Shown here: positions 32,403-41,429 of the stretch, in pieces
Layout: each line of letters starts with the position of its first letter
Position numbering within the stretch: the first letter of the stretch is position 1
Assembly (NCBI GenBank): GCA_022824315.1
Contig: JAJEAC010000066.1
Span: 13,784 to 77,783, forward strand
Direction of reading: 5' to 3'
Length of the DNA: 64,000 nt
DNA from: Silicimonas sp.
GTDB lineage: Bacteria > Pseudomonadota > Alphaproteobacteria > Rhodobacterales > Rhodobacteraceae
Notes under the pieces: generated by a model
The model's database searches: none
The model's input: the letters and a program-made list of their open reading frames with translations, nothing else
Told to the model about the DNA's origin: nothing
Position numbers and translations under genes: made by a program

Positions 32403-32666
32403 CTAGTCGGCTTGCTCCGCGACAAGTTTCTCGACGGTGGCGACGACCGTCGCCACCGAGGAAATGTCGAAGTCGCTTTTTTCGGGCTCGTTCGCGTTGA
32501 AGGGAACCTGGATGTCAAAGCTCTCCTCGATCGAGAAGATCGCCTCGACGAGACCCATGGAATCGACCCCAAGTTCCTCGAGAGACTGATCGAGTGAAAC
32601 GTCCGACGGCTCGAGAACCGCCTGCTCGGCGATGATTTCGATCACCCGTTCCTTGACGCCGCTCAT
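32403..32666 (-). CDS. acyl carrier protein (specialised, NodF/AcpXL-like context)
   Basis: 87 aa with a phosphopantetheine-attachment context LGVDSMGLVE. Confidence 0.85.
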   Translation of the reverse strand: MSGVKERVIEIIAEQAVLEPSDVSLDQSLEELGVDSMGLVEAIFSIEESFDIQVPFNANEPEKSDFDISSVATVVATVEKLVAEQAD

Positions 32667-32704
32667 TGTGTCTTATTCGCCAAATTGAAACCGATGGCAG
32701 GTGT

Positions 32705-33796
32705 TTAGTCGCCCTTGCCACCTAATGAAACCGCTTTCTTGAGCGCTTCGACGTCCTTGAGGATCCTCGGCAATCTGCGCCAGTTCCGCGACGCGGCTAT
32801 GTACTGGTCCATCTTCATCGCCGGATAGCCGAGAAGAACCCGTCCAGCCGGAACCCGCGACAGCACAATCGCGCCGCCACCTACCACGACATCGTCGCCC
32901 ACCGCGACATTGTCGGTGATCCCCGACTTCCCGCCCATGATGACGCGATTGCCCACCGAGGACGATCCCGCAACGCCCGCGTGCCCGCATATCAGAACGT
33001 CCTCGCCAATCTGTGCATTGTGAGCAATCTGTACGAGATTGTCGATCTTCGTGCGATTGCCGATCCGTGTTGAGCGGATCGTGCCGGCATCCACGGCAGT
33101 GTTGGCGCCGATCTCCACGTCGTCCCCGATTTCGACCGAACCCAGCGAATGGATGCGACTCCAGCCGGACGCCATTGCACCACCCTCGGTTCCGAGCGAA
33201 CGGCGCACCTGCTCGACCCGGTCCGATTCCCCGGCCACGAAGCTGAACCCGTCACCTCCGACAACCGCGCCAGGCTGGCAAATGAAGCGACGTCCGATCT
33301 TGGTCCTGGCTCCGATCCGGACGCCCGCGTGAATCAGCGCGTCCGGCCCCAGCGCCACATCCTCGGCGATGCTGACATGCGCCGCGATGCGGGCATTTTC
33401 GCCAATGCGGACCCGGGGTCCAATCACGACCAAGGGACCGATCGCTGCGCCCTTGCCGACTTCAGCGCTCGGGTCAACCACGGCAGATGGATGGATGCCG
33501 AGGGCAATCTCCGGGCCTTCGTCCAGCAGCGACGTCAGGCCCGCCATCGCCATTCTCGGATGCTTCACCTTGATCGCGGCCTCCAGACCAAGTGCGTGCC
33601 AATCGGCATCACTCCAGACGATCGCGGCACGTGCGCAGCCTTCGGCAAGGGCCGACGCGTACTTGGGATTCATGGCCAATGCGAGATCGTCCGGCGCGGC
33701 CTCGCTCGGCTCGGCGGCGCCCTTGACCGAAATCTCCACGTCACCGAAGGCATCCGCCTCCAGCGCTACCGCAATTTCCTCGACTGTCTGAATCAT
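32705..33796 (-). CDS. UDP-3-O-acylglucosamine N-acyltransferase (LpxD) paralog
   Basis: Left-handed beta-helix hexapeptide repeats, catalytic-His context LVQIAHNAQIG and an LpxD-type C-terminal helix. ATG 33796 (MIQTVEEIAVAL...). Confidence 0.8.
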   Translation of the reverse strand: MIQTVEEIAVALEADAFGDVEISVKGAAEPSEAAPDDLALAMNPKYASALAEGCARAAIVWSDADWHALGLEAAIKVKHPRMAMAGLTSLLDEGPEIALGIHPSAVVDPSAEVGKGAAIGPLVVIGPRVRIGENARIAAHVSIAEDVALGPDALIHAGVRIGARTKIGRRFICQPGAVVGGDGFSFVAGESDRVEQVRRSLGTEGGAMASGWSRIHSLGSVEIGDDVEIGANTAVDAGTIRSTRIGNRTKIDNLVQIAHNAQIGEDVLICGHAGVAGSSSVGNRVIMGGKSGITDNVAVGDDVVVGGGAIVLSRVPAGRVLLGYPAMKMDQYIAASRNWRRLPRILKDVEALKKAVSLGGKGD

Positions 33797-33871
33797 GTTG
33801 AACCCGCGGGCCTGCGGTCCGGAATTCGCCCCGCCCGTCTGCAAGTTGCAGGCATCATTCCAACCTGAGCC

Positions 33872-35491
33872 TTAGCTCCTGATGTCCCTGAGCGAAACCC
33901 CGGCACCTTTCAGCGCTGCCCAGATGCGCGCATCGCGACCATAAATGTCGGGCCGATACTGAGTCTTTCCGCCCGCCTGCGTGAACGCGGTACGATACAC
34001 GAGATGAACCGGCACATGCTCTTCGAGTCCAACCACGCGTTCCTCACCCGCCTCCAGGCGCTCATGGATGAAGACATCCGGGTCCGCGACCTGCCTCGTC
34101 AAGAGCGCGTAGGCAAAATTGATGGGATCATGAAGGCGGATGCAGCCGTGACTGAAGCTCCGGACGTCCTCTCGGAACAGCTGTTTATGCGGGGTGTCGT
34201 GGAGGTAGATGTTGTACCGGTTCGGAAACATGAACTTGACGACGCCCAGCGCGTTGCTCTCGCCCGGAAGTTGTTTCAAATCGAAGGGAAAGGTCTTCGC
34301 GTCGAACATGGAAAATTCCACGCTGTCCCGTTCCACGACCTCGCCAACGCTGTCGAACAATGTCAGGTGCGCAACTGAATTTGGATCAACCTTCAGCCTC
34401 GGGAAATACTCCTTGACCGTGATCGAGCGCGGCACGTACCAGGTCGGGTTGACCACCATGTGTTCCATCACGTCCGAAAACTCGGGCGTCCGGCGATCAT
34501 CCCCTCTGGCACCCACAACGGAGCGAGTCACGAAAGTGACCTTGCCGTCATCCACGAGCCGCACGTGAAAGTCCGGGATGTTCACCCAGACATGCCGATC
34601 ACCGAGCGGCATGTTGATCCAGCGCTCGCGCTCCATTGCAACAATGATCTGCGAGAGTCGTTTGGTCGGCTCGACATTGACCTCGCGCAGCGTGACCGGA
34701 CCTGCCACCCCGTCGACAGGCAGTCCGTGATCGAACTGGAAGACGGCCACGGCCTGCTGCATCCTCAGATCATAGACCTTGCCGGCGTTCCGCCCGAGAT
34801 ACCCCATTGCGACAAGGCGGTTGCGAAGCGCCACGACTTCGGAGCCTTCCGCGCCGGGCTTCAGCAAACTGGCCTGCACCTTGGGTCCCCAGCCACGTCT
34901 GGCGATCAGTCTCTCCAGGCGCTCCTTCTCCTTTCTGAGCCGCGCATATTCCTGGCTCGACGGCGGCAGCGTGCGGATGAATGCGTGGGGAGATGATCTT
35001 GAGAAGTCCGCCAAGATCGCTGCACGCTCCCTGTAAGGCACCGTTCGCGCGATTTCCTCATCGACCTGGCCTGGCACCAGGATGCCCGTCTGCACATCGC
35101 GCGCATACCGAAGGAAAAGGCGGGTCAACTCGACTTCAAGCCGCCCTAGATCATGTTCGGAACGCACTCGACGGGGATTGATGCCCAGAATCTCGGGCCT
35201 GTAGCGATCCGCCGGAAGTCCATGGGACGGCGCGTCATTTGCCGCCTTCAGGAACGCGGCCCGTCGCTGCGTCGCCCTGCTGCTTCTGTCCGTCCAGATC
35301 GGCTTGTAGCCCGTGGCCTCGTAGAATTCGGCGATGACACGGTCCCCGGCCGCAGCCTTGGCCACCGCCGCCTCGAATTCCGAAGATCCGTTCTGGGCAT
35401 GAACCGGATGCGCCCCGCCCAGCATAATGAGCAGCGCACAAACCACGCCGTAAGCGGCATGCTTCAATTGGAACGGTCCCGTCGCCTTCAT
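33872..35491 (-). CDS. L,D-transpeptidase family protein (YcbB/LdtD-like, with PG-binding domain)
   Basis: PG_binding_1-like segment (ALRNRLVAMGYLG...QQAVAVFQFDHGLPVDGVAG) plus the YkuD catalytic motif FSHGCIRLHDP. Signal peptide from ATG 35491; the ORF is open to 35566. Confidence 0.88.
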   Translation of the reverse strand: MKATGPFQLKHAAYGVVCALLIMLGGAHPVHAQNGSSEFEAAVAKAAAGDRVIAEFYEATGYKPIWTDRSSRATQRRAAFLKAANDAPSHGLPADRYRPEILGINPRRVRSEHDLGRLEVELTRLFLRYARDVQTGILVPGQVDEEIARTVPYRERAAILADFSRSSPHAFIRTLPPSSQEYARLRKEKERLERLIARRGWGPKVQASLLKPGAEGSEVVALRNRLVAMGYLGRNAGKVYDLRMQQAVAVFQFDHGLPVDGVAGPVTLREVNVEPTKRLSQIIVAMERERWINMPLGDRHVWVNIPDFHVRLVDDGKVTFVTRSVVGARGDDRRTPEFSDVMEHMVVNPTWYVPRSITVKEYFPRLKVDPNSVAHLTLFDSVGEVVERDSVEFSMFDAKTFPFDLKQLPGESNALGVVKFMFPNRYNIYLHDTPHKQLFREDVRSFSHGCIRLHDPINFAYALLTRQVADPDVFIHERLEAGEERVVGLEEHVPVHLVYRTAFTQAGGKTQYRPDIYGRDARIWAALKGAGVSLRDIRS

Positions 35492-35713
35492 TCGCAGTGC
35501 GCCCGCATCTCGCAGCTCCATTGCCTCAACATCCCACATCTTTCCAAATCCGCCAACGCTGTCCATTCACATCTGTGTAATTCAATTTCAATCGACCGAT
35601 TCGCCACAGTCGGCATCCTGCGCTGGCAATGGCTTAGGTGACTGAATCCTAATGTAAAACTTGGTCGACAGTACCAAATTGGCAATTTCATGCAACAATC
35701 GGGTCAGGTTCGG

Positions 35714-36535
35714 TCAGCCGGCCTTCCGCCACCTGCGCTCCAGCCGCCGCAATGCAAGTGAAAGGCTGATCGTGACCGCCAGGTAGATCAGCGCGACAAC
35801 ATTGTAGGTCTCGAAATAGCGAAAATTGCTCGCGGCGGTGACCTTGCCGAGTTGCGTCACGTCCAGCACGCCCAACACGGAGACCAGGGAACTGTCCTTT
35901 ACAAGCGCGACAAAGTCATTTCCCAAAGGCGGCAGCACGGTCTTGATCGCCTGTGGAAAGATGACGAACCGAAATCGACGCCAGCCCGAGAGCCCCAGTG
36001 CCTTGGCGGCCTCGACCTGCCCGGCAGGGACGGATGCGAATCCCGCGCGGAACACTTCGGAAATGAACGCCGAGTAGGCGACTACGAGCGCAAGCACCGC
36101 GCGCCACAGCAACGGAAAGTCGCGTGACCGAACGGGGTCGAATCCAAGTCTGCCGCCGATCCAGTTGGCCAATTCCACCAACGCCGGTGCAAGCACGAAG
36201 GCAACATAGAGCAGCAGCACCAGAATCGGCACGCCGCGCACGATTTCGACGTAGAAGCGCGCGAACTGGCGCACCAAGCGCCACTTGGACGAACTGCCCA
36301 ATGCCAGAAGCAACCCGACGCCGGATGCCAGCGCAAAGCTGACCAGAGTGACGAACACCGTGATCCTGACGCCCTTCATGAGCGTGAGAAGTATCTGCCG
36401 GTGCAGGCTGTCCGACAGCACCTGCCAAAACGCGTAGCCCCCCAGCGCCAGCACGGCAACGAGCCACCAGGGAAACTCTTCATCCTGAGGCGTTGGAGTG
36501 TCCATCCGTGATCCCGGGCGGCGCCGCCACGTCAT
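35714..36535 (-). CDS. polar amino-acid ABC transporter permease
   Basis: His/Glu/Gln/Arg-type permease. EAA-like loop EAAKALGLSGWRRFRFVIFPQA. Start is 36535 or 36505. Confidence 0.88.
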   Translation of the reverse strand: MTWRRRPGSRMDTPTPQDEEFPWWLVAVLALGGYAFWQVLSDSLHRQILLTLMKGVRITVFVTLVSFALASGVGLLLALGSSSKWRLVRQFARFYVEIVRGVPILVLLLYVAFVLAPALVELANWIGGRLGFDPVRSRDFPLLWRAVLALVVAYSAFISEVFRAGFASVPAGQVEAAKALGLSGWRRFRFVIFPQAIKTVLPPLGNDFVALVKDSSLVSVLGVLDVTQLGKVTAASNFRYFETYNVVALIYLAVTISLSLALRRLERRWRKAG

Positions 36536-36554
36536 GCGTGGCGGCGCGACACGC

Positions 36555-37343
36555 CTACTGGCCCAGCTTGTATTCGAGGAACCACTTGGTGTTCAGTGCA
36601 TCGAGTGTTCCGTCCGCCTTCATTTCGGAGATCGCAGCGTTCATCGGACCGACCAGATCGCTGCCCTTGGGAAAAATGAACCCGAACTCTTCGGTGCCCA
36701 GAGGTTCTCCGACGATCTTCAGCTTGCCTTCCGACGCGGACACATACCCGTTTGCCGCAGTGCTGTCGGACAGCACCAGATCGACGTCGCCCGTCCGCAG
36801 GGCCTGAAGGGCGGCTCCGAATGTCTCGAATTGAATGACCCGAGGATTTGCCTCGTCACCGTCAAGTATGTCGTAGATCGTGACATAGAACGGCGTCGTT
36901 CCAGGCTGCGCACCTGCGAGCAGATCAGGGTTGGCGGCAAAGCTCTCGCCATCGTCGAAGCGGGACTCGTCTCCGGCGACGATCATCATCATCTGGGACA
37001 CCATGTAGGAATCTGAAAAATCGACCTTTTCCATGCGATCCTCTCGGATCGTGATGCCCGTCATTCCCATGTCATACTGGCCCTCGCTCACCGCAGCGAT
37101 CATGGCGTCCCAACTGATGTTCTCGTACACGACCTCGATGTTCAGGCGGTCTCCAATCTCCGCCATGGCGTCATATTCCCATCCGATCGCGTCACCGGAC
37201 TTGGGGTCCACGAACTGCAGCGGCGGATAGGCGTTTTCCGTCACCACCACCACTTCGCGCCCTCCAAGATCCGGCACTTCGGCCAGCACGGCTTCCGCGG
37301 AAATGATCCCGGCCAGGACCAGGGCCGTCAGCGTTGGTTTCAT
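36555..37343 (-). CDS. polar amino-acid ABC transporter substrate-binding protein (SBP_bac_3 type)
   Basis: Signal peptide [21 protein letters not shown]. Motifs [11 protein letters not shown]...GWEYD...[19 protein letters not shown]. Confidence 0.88.
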   Translation of the reverse strand: MKPTLTALVLAGIISAEAVLAEVPDLGGREVVVVTENAYPPLQFVDPKSGDAIGWEYDAMAEIGDRLNIEVVYENISWDAMIAAVSEGQYDMGMTGITIREDRMEKVDFSDSYMVSQMMMIVAGDESRFDDGESFAANPDLLAGAQPGTTPFYVTIYDILDGDEANPRVIQFETFGAALQALRTGDVDLVLSDSTAANGYVSASEGKLKIVGEPLGTEEFGFIFPKGSDLVGPMNAAISEMKADGTLDALNTKWFLEYKLGQ

Positions 37344-37691
37344 TTTGCATTCTCCTCTGTCATGGGCTTGATTTCAAACTGCGCCCGGGGATCCAAGGCG
37401 GCCAAGCAGCCCCGCGTGTGCCTACCAGATTCGCTTTTGCGGCCGGCAAGTGCCTCGTTGCGCCGAGCAGCCGCTCATCTTGTGACTTGCGTTGCCGCAT
37501 TGCGCAAGCAGATGTAGCCATTGGCGGTTTCTTGCCGATTTTGTCGCCTTGACCGCAATGCATGAGACAAAAAGGTTCCCAATGGCGTTCATTTGAGCTA
37601 TACGAGCGCTGCGCCCGGGGGACAACAATGGTGCATCTGTCAGTGCGGCGAATGTGTGACAGGGCGCAAATTACGGGACGTAAGCTTGAGC

Positions 37692-38261
37692 ATGGAAACT
37701 CTCCATCCGAATGGCTTGACACGACGTGGATTGCTCGGAGCGTTCTGCGCAGCGACACTGGTAGCGGCGCCGAACTACACGAACGCATTTGGCTTTCTGC
37801 GCGGCGCAGGTGATATTCGCAAGATCAAGATGTACTCCGGGCGAACCGGCGAGAGCATCGACACGATATACTGGATCGAAGGCGAGTACATTCCTGAGGC
37901 CCTGAAGGAAATCAACACGTTCATGCGCGATGTTCGCACCAATCAGGTGAAGAGAATCGACAAGCGCGCAATTGACATCCTTGCGGCATCCCATCGGATG
38001 CTGGACGCGGATGCGCCCTTCCTTCTGCTTTCCGGCTATCGCTCACCCAAGACCAACGCGATGCTGAGACGGCGCTCCCGGGCCGTCGCCCGGAACTCGC
38101 TGCACATGAAGGGCCAGGCGGCAGACGTCCGTCTGCACGGGCGCAGCGTCGCCCAGGTCGCCAAGGCAGCAATGTCTTGCTCCGCTGGCGGCGTTGGCAG
38201 ATACTCGCGCTCCGGCTTTGTGCACATGGATTGCGGCCCGGTCCGGACATGGGGGCGCTAG
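37692..38261 (+). CDS. DUF882 (YcbK/MepK-like, peptidase M15 fold) protein
   Basis: Tat-like signal LTRRGLLGAFCAATLVAAP. SGYRSPKTNAML...NSLHMKGQAADV...GGVGRYSRSGFVHMD is typical of DUF882. Confidence 0.88.
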   Translation: METLHPNGLTRRGLLGAFCAATLVAAPNYTNAFGFLRGAGDIRKIKMYSGRTGESIDTIYWIEGEYIPEALKEINTFMRDVRTNQVKRIDKRAIDILAASHRMLDADAPFLLLSGYRSPKTNAMLRRRSRAVARNSLHMKGQAADVRLHGRSVAQVAKAAMSCSAGGVGRYSRSGFVHMDCGPVRTWGR

Positions 38262-38293
38262 GCCCTTTTGACATCATTCGCGGCTGACGGTGA

Positions 38294-38720
38294 TCAGGCG
38301 GCCTTGCACGCCTCGTCAAAGAAGTGGAGCCGATCCTCCGACCCGACGACCCCGATCCGGTCGCCGATGCCCACTTCGGTTTCCCTGCCCGACGAGATCG
38401 TGATCCGCCCGGCCGGGCCGCCGTCCCCTATCAGGGATGTATCGACCCCATGACGTGCCAGCGCGTTCATCTTCTTTGGGCAGATTAACTTTGTCACGAA
38501 CAGGTTGACCGTTTGCCGACAGAACTCACGCAGCGTTCCCACATGTACGATCTTGCCGAACTCAAGAACCAGGATTCGGTCGGCAAGCGCCATCGCCTCG
38601 ACCTGTTCTTTGGTGATGCAAGTCATTTTGCACCCGAGCGACCGGAAACGCCTGGCTCGGTCCGCGCCGCCCGGCGGCAGGAAACCGCTGCTGCACCGAA
38701 AGGACTTCAGATACCGAAAT
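38294..38720 (-). pseudogene. decayed MalK/UgpC-type sugar ABC transporter ATPase remnant
   Basis: The 110-aa ORF carries only TKEQVEAMALADRILVLEFGKIVHVG...FVTKLICPKKMNAL...GIGDRIGVVGSEDRLHFFDE. This parallels the post-H-loop and C-terminal regulatory-domain regions of the intact ATPases at 43140 and 45637. Upstream, LKSF..LPPGGADRARRFRSLG looks like a degenerate LSGGQRQRVA signature. Walker A and Walker B are missing. Confidence 0.7.
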
Positions 38721-38738
38721 CAAGCCGAACCGGGCCAG

Positions 38739-39767
38739 CTAGGCGGGGTCTTTCGGTACACCCGTCGTGGCCCTGATCACCAGTTCCGCAGAAATCTCGG
38801 ACACGGTCGCGGGCATGCTGGGATCTTCGACACGATCCAGCAACACCCGTGCCAGCTTGCGACCCAATTTCTGGGGTTGCACGGCCATCGTGGTCAAAGG
38901 AGGCGTGGCAGCGGCTGCGTCCTGAATGTCATCGAAGCCGATGATCGAAACGTCGTGGCCCGGCCTTTGGCCCGAGCGCATGAGCGCGAGGCTGGCGCCG
39001 AGCGCGACCACGTCACCATTGCAGACCACGGCGGTGATTTCTGGATGCGCTCGACGCAAGTCCAACAGGGCATTGAGCCCAGCCAGTTTGTGGTCCTCAC
39101 AGTCCCAGACCACGCTCGGGGCCAGATTGCGCCGCGCCCTCTCCCGTTCGTACCCCTCGATTCTCTCCTTGCGCACATGGATCATATCGGTCCCGCCGAG
39201 ATAGGCGATGTGCCTGTGACCCAGGTCTGCCAGGTAGCCGGTTGCCGTTGCGGTCGCCTCGGCATTGCGGATGCCGACATGATCTAGGTCGCGGTGCACA
39301 GGTCTCAAAAAGGTAACGGTGGGTATTCTCTGCGCGCTCAACAGTTCCAGAGCCTCGGGTCGTGTATCCGCCGCCGGAACCCAAAGCAGCCCTCCGCGAC
39401 CGTGCCGAATGAAGGCTTCGAGTTGCCTTTTCTGCCTGTCTGAATCGTCGCGCGTGTCAACGACGGAGACCAGGTATCCCTCTGCTTCCAGCAGGTCTAC
39501 TGCACCGCTGATGACCTCTGCATTGAAAGGGTTCTGCAGCTGGTTGATGACGAAGCCGATCTCGTGGTTTTCACCCGACCGCATGGAAGCGGCGCGGGAG
39601 TCTTTCACGTAGTGCAGCTTGCTCGCCGCCTCCAGCACCTTCTTGCGGGTTTCGGCCGAGATCCGCCCTGTGCCACGCAAGGCTTGACTCACGGTCGGAA
39701 CCGAAACGCCCGCCTTCTTGGCGACGGTTTCCAGTGTTGGCTTGCCGGACACGTCTGAACCTTCCAA
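38739..39767 (-). CDS. LacI family transcriptional regulator
   Basis: HTH KPTLETVAKKAGVSVPTVSQALRG plus a periplasmic-binding-protein-like sugar domain. Start is TTG 39767 or GTG 39752. Confidence 0.92.
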   Translation of the reverse strand: MEGSDVSGKPTLETVAKKAGVSVPTVSQALRGTGRISAETRKKVLEAASKLHYVKDSRAASMRSGENHEIGFVINQLQNPFNAEVISGAVDLLEAEGYLVSVVDTRDDSDRQKRQLEAFIRHGRGGLLWVPAADTRPEALELLSAQRIPTVTFLRPVHRDLDHVGIRNAEATATATGYLADLGHRHIAYLGGTDMIHVRKERIEGYERERARRNLAPSVVWDCEDHKLAGLNALLDLRRAHPEITAVVCNGDVVALGASLALMRSGQRPGHDVSIIGFDDIQDAAAATPPLTTMAVQPQKLGRKLARVLLDRVEDPSMPATVSEISAELVIRATTGVPKDPA

Positions 39768-39770
39768 TTA

Positions 39771-39786
39771 GATATAACGTTTAGGC
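39771..39786. promoter_or_regulatory. candidate LacI-family operator half-conserved site (GATATAACGTTTAGGC)
   Basis: Shares the left half GATATAACG, with a central CG, with the near-perfect palindrome at 39880. Lies directly upstream of the lacI-family gene. Confidence 0.35.
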
Positions 39787-39879
39787 TTATTTTTGTGCCC
39801 AGAGACTCAAATTTGCAAGAGAAATCACCGCGGCGCCACGATTTAAGCCAAATTAGTCCCAAAAATCTACTTGACAGGA

Positions 39880-39895
39880 GATATAACGATATATC
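39880..39895. promoter_or_regulatory. candidate LacI-family operator, 16-bp palindrome GATATAAC|GATATATC
   Basis: 7 of 8 positions are symmetric around a central CG, the usual LacI-family operator geometry. Lies 4 nt downstream of a perfect TTGACA hexamer (39871..39876) and about 160 nt upstream of the SBP gene. Confidence 0.5.
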
Positions 39896-40053
39896 ACACT
39901 GCGGTCAAGGGAGGCGATTCGCAACGGTCGTGCTTACGGACCAATGCTCGCCACCCGACAGGGCCAACCATTCGACTGCTGGTCGAGGCGAGGCTGTTTT
40001 CAAATTGGCGTCGGCACAAATGCCGACCCCGACTGACACTCAAGGGAGGAAGC

Positions 40054-41319
40054 ATGACCCTAAATTCAAGAATTCTAGGCGCAGCGTCTGGCGTTGCCAT
40101 TGCCTGCACCGCGTTTGCGGCACAGGCCGAAGTGCTGTTCTGGTCCACGCAGGCAAAACCCGTCGAGGAGGCGCAAGCCATGCGCGAGCAGGTCCTCGCC
40201 GGTGCCGGCGCTGTCGACTACCAGCCCAATGACGGCGGCCCGTGGCTGACCCGGCTTCAGGCTGAACTTCAGTCCGGCTCCGGTTCGATCGGTGTTCTGG
40301 GTGCGCTGCATGGCGATTTCTCCGCCATGAATCCCGATGACCTTGTCGACCTCGGTGACCTGGGTGTGATGAGCGCCTCCGAGACGTTCAACGATCTCGC
40401 CAAGCTCGGCACCGACAGCATGCAGTACGTGCCATGGATGCAGGCCAGCTACATCATGGCGGCCAGCAAGGACGCGTTGCAGTACCTGCCTGAAGGCGCA
40501 GACGTCGACGCGTTAACCTACGACCAGTTGATCCAGTGGGCGGCAAACGCGCACGAGGCGGCAGGAGAGCCAAAGTTCGGCTTCCCGGCTGGCCCGAAAG
40601 GTCTGAAGCACCGCTTCTTCCAAGGCTATCTCTACCCGTCGTTCACCAATGGCGTGGTCCGCACCTTCGCCTCCGACGAAGCCGTGACCGCTTGGGAAAA
40701 GATGCGCGAGCTGTGGGCGCACACCAACCCTGCTTCAACCAACTTCTCGTTCATGCAGGAGCAGCTGCTGTCGGGTGACGCGTGGATCGTGTTCGACCAC
40801 ACCTCGCGTCTGGCGCAGGCGTTCAACGAACGGCCCGACGACTTCGTCGCCTTCCCGGCGCCAGCAGGCCCGACCGGGCGCGGCTTCATGCCGGTTCTGG
40901 CCGGTGTCGCCATCCCGCGCACCGCGCCTGACATGGACGCGGCACGGGCATTGGTCGAGTACATGCTGAAGCCGGAAACCCAGATCGCAACGCTGCGTGC
41001 CACCAACTTCTTCCCGGTTGTTGGCGTGGCCCTTCCCGACGATCTGCCGCCGTCGGTGCAAGCCGCGGGTGACGCTGTAGCGAAAATGAGCGCTTCGGCC
41101 GATGCCAACCCGGGCCTGCTGCCTGCGGGTCTGGGCGACAAGGGCGGCGACTTCAACCGCGTTTTCGTCGACAGCTTCGAGCGCATCGTGCTGGCCGGCC
41201 AGGACATCCGCGCCGTCCTGGACGACCAGAAAGACCGGCTCGCCGCAATCATGGAAGAGACCGGGGCGCCTTGCTGGGCTCCCGACGCACCTTCCGACGG
41301 GGCCTGCCCGGTCGAATAA
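40054..41319 (+). CDS. carbohydrate ABC transporter substrate-binding protein
   Basis: RBS AAGGGAGGA, then signal peptide MTLNSRILGAASGVAIACTAFAAQA. About 421-aa family-1 SBP. First gene of the LacI-adjacent operon. Confidence 0.88.
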   Translation: MTLNSRILGAASGVAIACTAFAAQAEVLFWSTQAKPVEEAQAMREQVLAGAGAVDYQPNDGGPWLTRLQAELQSGSGSIGVLGALHGDFSAMNPDDLVDLGDLGVMSASETFNDLAKLGTDSMQYVPWMQASYIMAASKDALQYLPEGADVDALTYDQLIQWAANAHEAAGEPKFGFPAGPKGLKHRFFQGYLYPSFTNGVVRTFASDEAVTAWEKMRELWAHTNPASTNFSFMQEQLLSGDAWIVFDHTSRLAQAFNERPDDFVAFPAPAGPTGRGFMPVLAGVAIPRTAPDMDAARALVEYMLKPETQIATLRATNFFPVVGVALPDDLPPSVQAAGDAVAKMSASADANPGLLPAGLGDKGGDFNRVFVDSFERIVLAGQDIRAVLDDQKDRLAAIMEETGAPCWAPDAPSDGACPVE

Positions 41320-41343
41320 GCCCGGTTGGACCTTCCTCCCGGA

Positions 41344-41370
41344 GCCCGGACCTGCGAATTGGGTCCGGGC
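41344..41370 (+). other. intercistronic GC-rich stem-loop (9-bp stem GCCCGGACC/GGTCCGGGC, 9-nt loop)
   Basis: Lies 25 nt after the SBP stop. No U-tract, so it is not a classical intrinsic terminator. Position is typical of mRNA-stabilising or attenuating hairpins after SBP genes. Confidence 0.5.
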
Positions 41371-41429
41371 ACACCCTCCGAAGACAATCTGACAACGGCG
41401 CATTCCTGCGCCAAGAAAGGAGCGGTCCG

